Below, in pieces: positions 62,145 through 64,000 of a stretch of 64,000 nucleotides of DNA. This stretch comes from Lophium mytilinum. Its lineage: Eukaryota. How positions within the stretch are numbered: the stretch's first letter is position 1; every line of letters begins with the position of its first letter. The stretch is from assembly GCA_010093605.1 (NCBI GenBank), contig MU004190.1, positions 434,001-498,000 on the forward strand. Direction: 5' to 3'. The notes under the pieces were generated by a model. That model ran no database searches. It had not been told where the DNA came from and saw only the letters and a program-made list of their open reading frames with translations. Made by a program: the position numbers and the translations under genes.

Positions 62145-63876
62145 ATGCCTACCTTTGAGGGCGAGAAATGGGCGTGTGCCTCTTGCATCAAGGGCCACCG
62201 CGTCAGCGGCTGCACGCATACTGGTATATCTCTCGGTCATCTTGCTCACCTTGCGCGAAGCAGTCCCATTAGAACATAGGCTGAACTTGTACCTCTTAGA
62301 TCGAGAGCTCCATCATATCAACCCCAAGGGTCGTCCAGTCAAGCAATGCGAGCATTGTCGTGGTGCTCGCAAGTCCAAGTCGCACCACGCCAAGTGCGAC
62401 TGCGGTGACAAGAAGGACAAGCCCAAGGACAAGGGCGACTTGAAGGGTGAGCTTCTCGCTGGCGTCAGCGTCGAGGGCATCTCTAATCATTCTGCAGTCG
62501 GAGGTCACCACTGCGGCTGCCACAGCGGCGCAGCGTGCACCTGCGGCATCGTGAAGAAAGAGAGCCTCGACCTGAAGCTGGACACGGGCACTCTCAAGCT
62601 TGCGCAGCACCCGGCCAAGCCAAAGCCTAGACTTACCGCAACACAGTCGGAGAGCACTTTGACTGTCTTCGCCAATGGCCACCACAAGCCCTGCCACAGG
62701 TTGAACAACGCCGCCCACGTCTCCGGTGCCCCGTACAAGATCCCACGCCCGCACACATTGCACGACCCGCTCGGCCACTATTCCCACGACAATCTCAAGC
62801 GCATCTACGAGCAGCCTAACAACCAAGCACAGCGGTCGCTCGATACGCTCTCTCTGTCCAACAGCAGCTTTTACAGCGTCTTCAGCTCCCCAGCTCAGCG
62901 TTCCGTCGATAGTCTGCCATTGACATCGTCAAGCGGCATGTTCAATGGTACCTACGCACCTTTCGACCCTCAAAAGCCAATGTTCGCAAAGGCACCCGAG
63001 AACGGGCTTCCCCATGTTCCTCATGACGGAAGCTCGCCTGACAGCCAGCTCAGCGACACAATACCGTCACAAACACCCTGGGCGTGGACTCCGACAACGG
63101 CGTCTGGAAACGGGACATTTGGTCTGGACAGTCTATCAACGTCCCCGTCCCAGGAGTACTTGCCAGCTCTGGAAAACGACTGGGCCATCCCTTCAGCTGG
63201 GATCAATCCTTCTTGGTCCGCCAAAGATCTTCCATTGGTCCCCAATCGATCGGCAAACGCTTTTCCAATTTCCCAAAGTGGAGAATCTAATAAACAAAGC
63301 GTTCCAAACCTCACCCCGTCGTCTTCTGGAGCACAGTCCGAGATTGGCGATCCTAACATGTTCGAGAACTTAGAATATGCGGCTCCGCAATCGGTCATGA
63401 GCGAATCTCTTCCCTGGGACGAGAGTGCCCAGTTCCGTGACCCACCTGCCTACCGCATGCGAGCAGCCACTGGCGGTTCAGATTTCCGCCAAGCTCCAAC
63501 ATCTGCGCCAGGTAACGACGCTCGCCGTTCACTTGATATAGACTTCAACAAACGTTTCAACGAAAGCCTACTCGAACAGGGTGTAAACTCGAACTTCATG
63601 CCTTTCCAGTCCCCCAATATTGAGGCTTCAAAGGGCATGTCGGCTGCTCCTACTTACGCCTCCACAAGTGCCCCGGTCGACGCAAACTCACTTTATTCGA
63701 CAGACGAGTACGCACCTCGCTCCATTATGATCCCAAACAGCATCGAAGACATTCCAACGTCGAACCCATGGTTAGGCTTTGACGACGTCACCAATTTTGG
63801 GCTCACTTCTTTCGACACACCTCTCGACATGAGCGTCGATGTGTCGAATTACTCTGCTAGCGGCCCTTGGATTTGA
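62145..63876 (+). CDS. Copper-fist transcription factor (Ace1/Cup2/AceA-Haa1 family)
   Basis: Spliced MPTFEGEKWACASCIKGHRVSGCTHT|DRELHHINPKGRPVKQCEHCR...KCDC, then CGCHSGAACTC and LTVFANGHHKP. Introns 62224-62299 and 62447-62497. Confidence 0.92.
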
Positions 63877-64000
63877 CAACTCATACAAGCAGCCAGCTCG
63901 GACTGTAATCGAGCAAGGCGCCGTACTTGATCATCTCTATCACCCTATCTCTTTCATGAGACATGACTTATGACCCCCCGTTGGGCCAGATGCCAACACC

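Overview
Eukaryotic DNA from a filamentous ascomycete (Pezizomycotina, probably a Dothideomycete by inference), with short GT-AG introns and CTRAC branch sites. Most of the window is conserved housekeeping genes: a mitochondrial 2-oxoglutarate/malate carrier, Bye1, a ZNF830-like protein, Ysc84/Lsb3, an SDR, an Sft1/Bet1 SNARE, an ArfGAP, HBS1/SKI7, PTPA, BCKDH E1-alpha, COQ5, ATG13, an Rgt1-like Zn2Cys6 factor and a copper-fist factor. A small accessory-looking block at about 25-31 kb holds an F-box-like ORF, a HeLo-like pseudogene, an orphan with a duplicated domain, 160-bp repeats and a P450. The most striking unexplained element is a ~100-nt structured non-coding unit present twice, 31,370 bp apart (112/113 nt identical). 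Each copy has a TATA-like box at exactly -31, base-paired ends, three internal hairpins, a T5 run and a separately conserved downstream tRNA-type B-box. This is the layout of a U6-type Pol III RNA gene, but it matches no RNA family I recognise. Also notable is an orphan beta-solenoid protein with a 15-residue coil, an Arg ladder and a C-terminal PPxY motif. All gene models were read by eye and no database searches were run.
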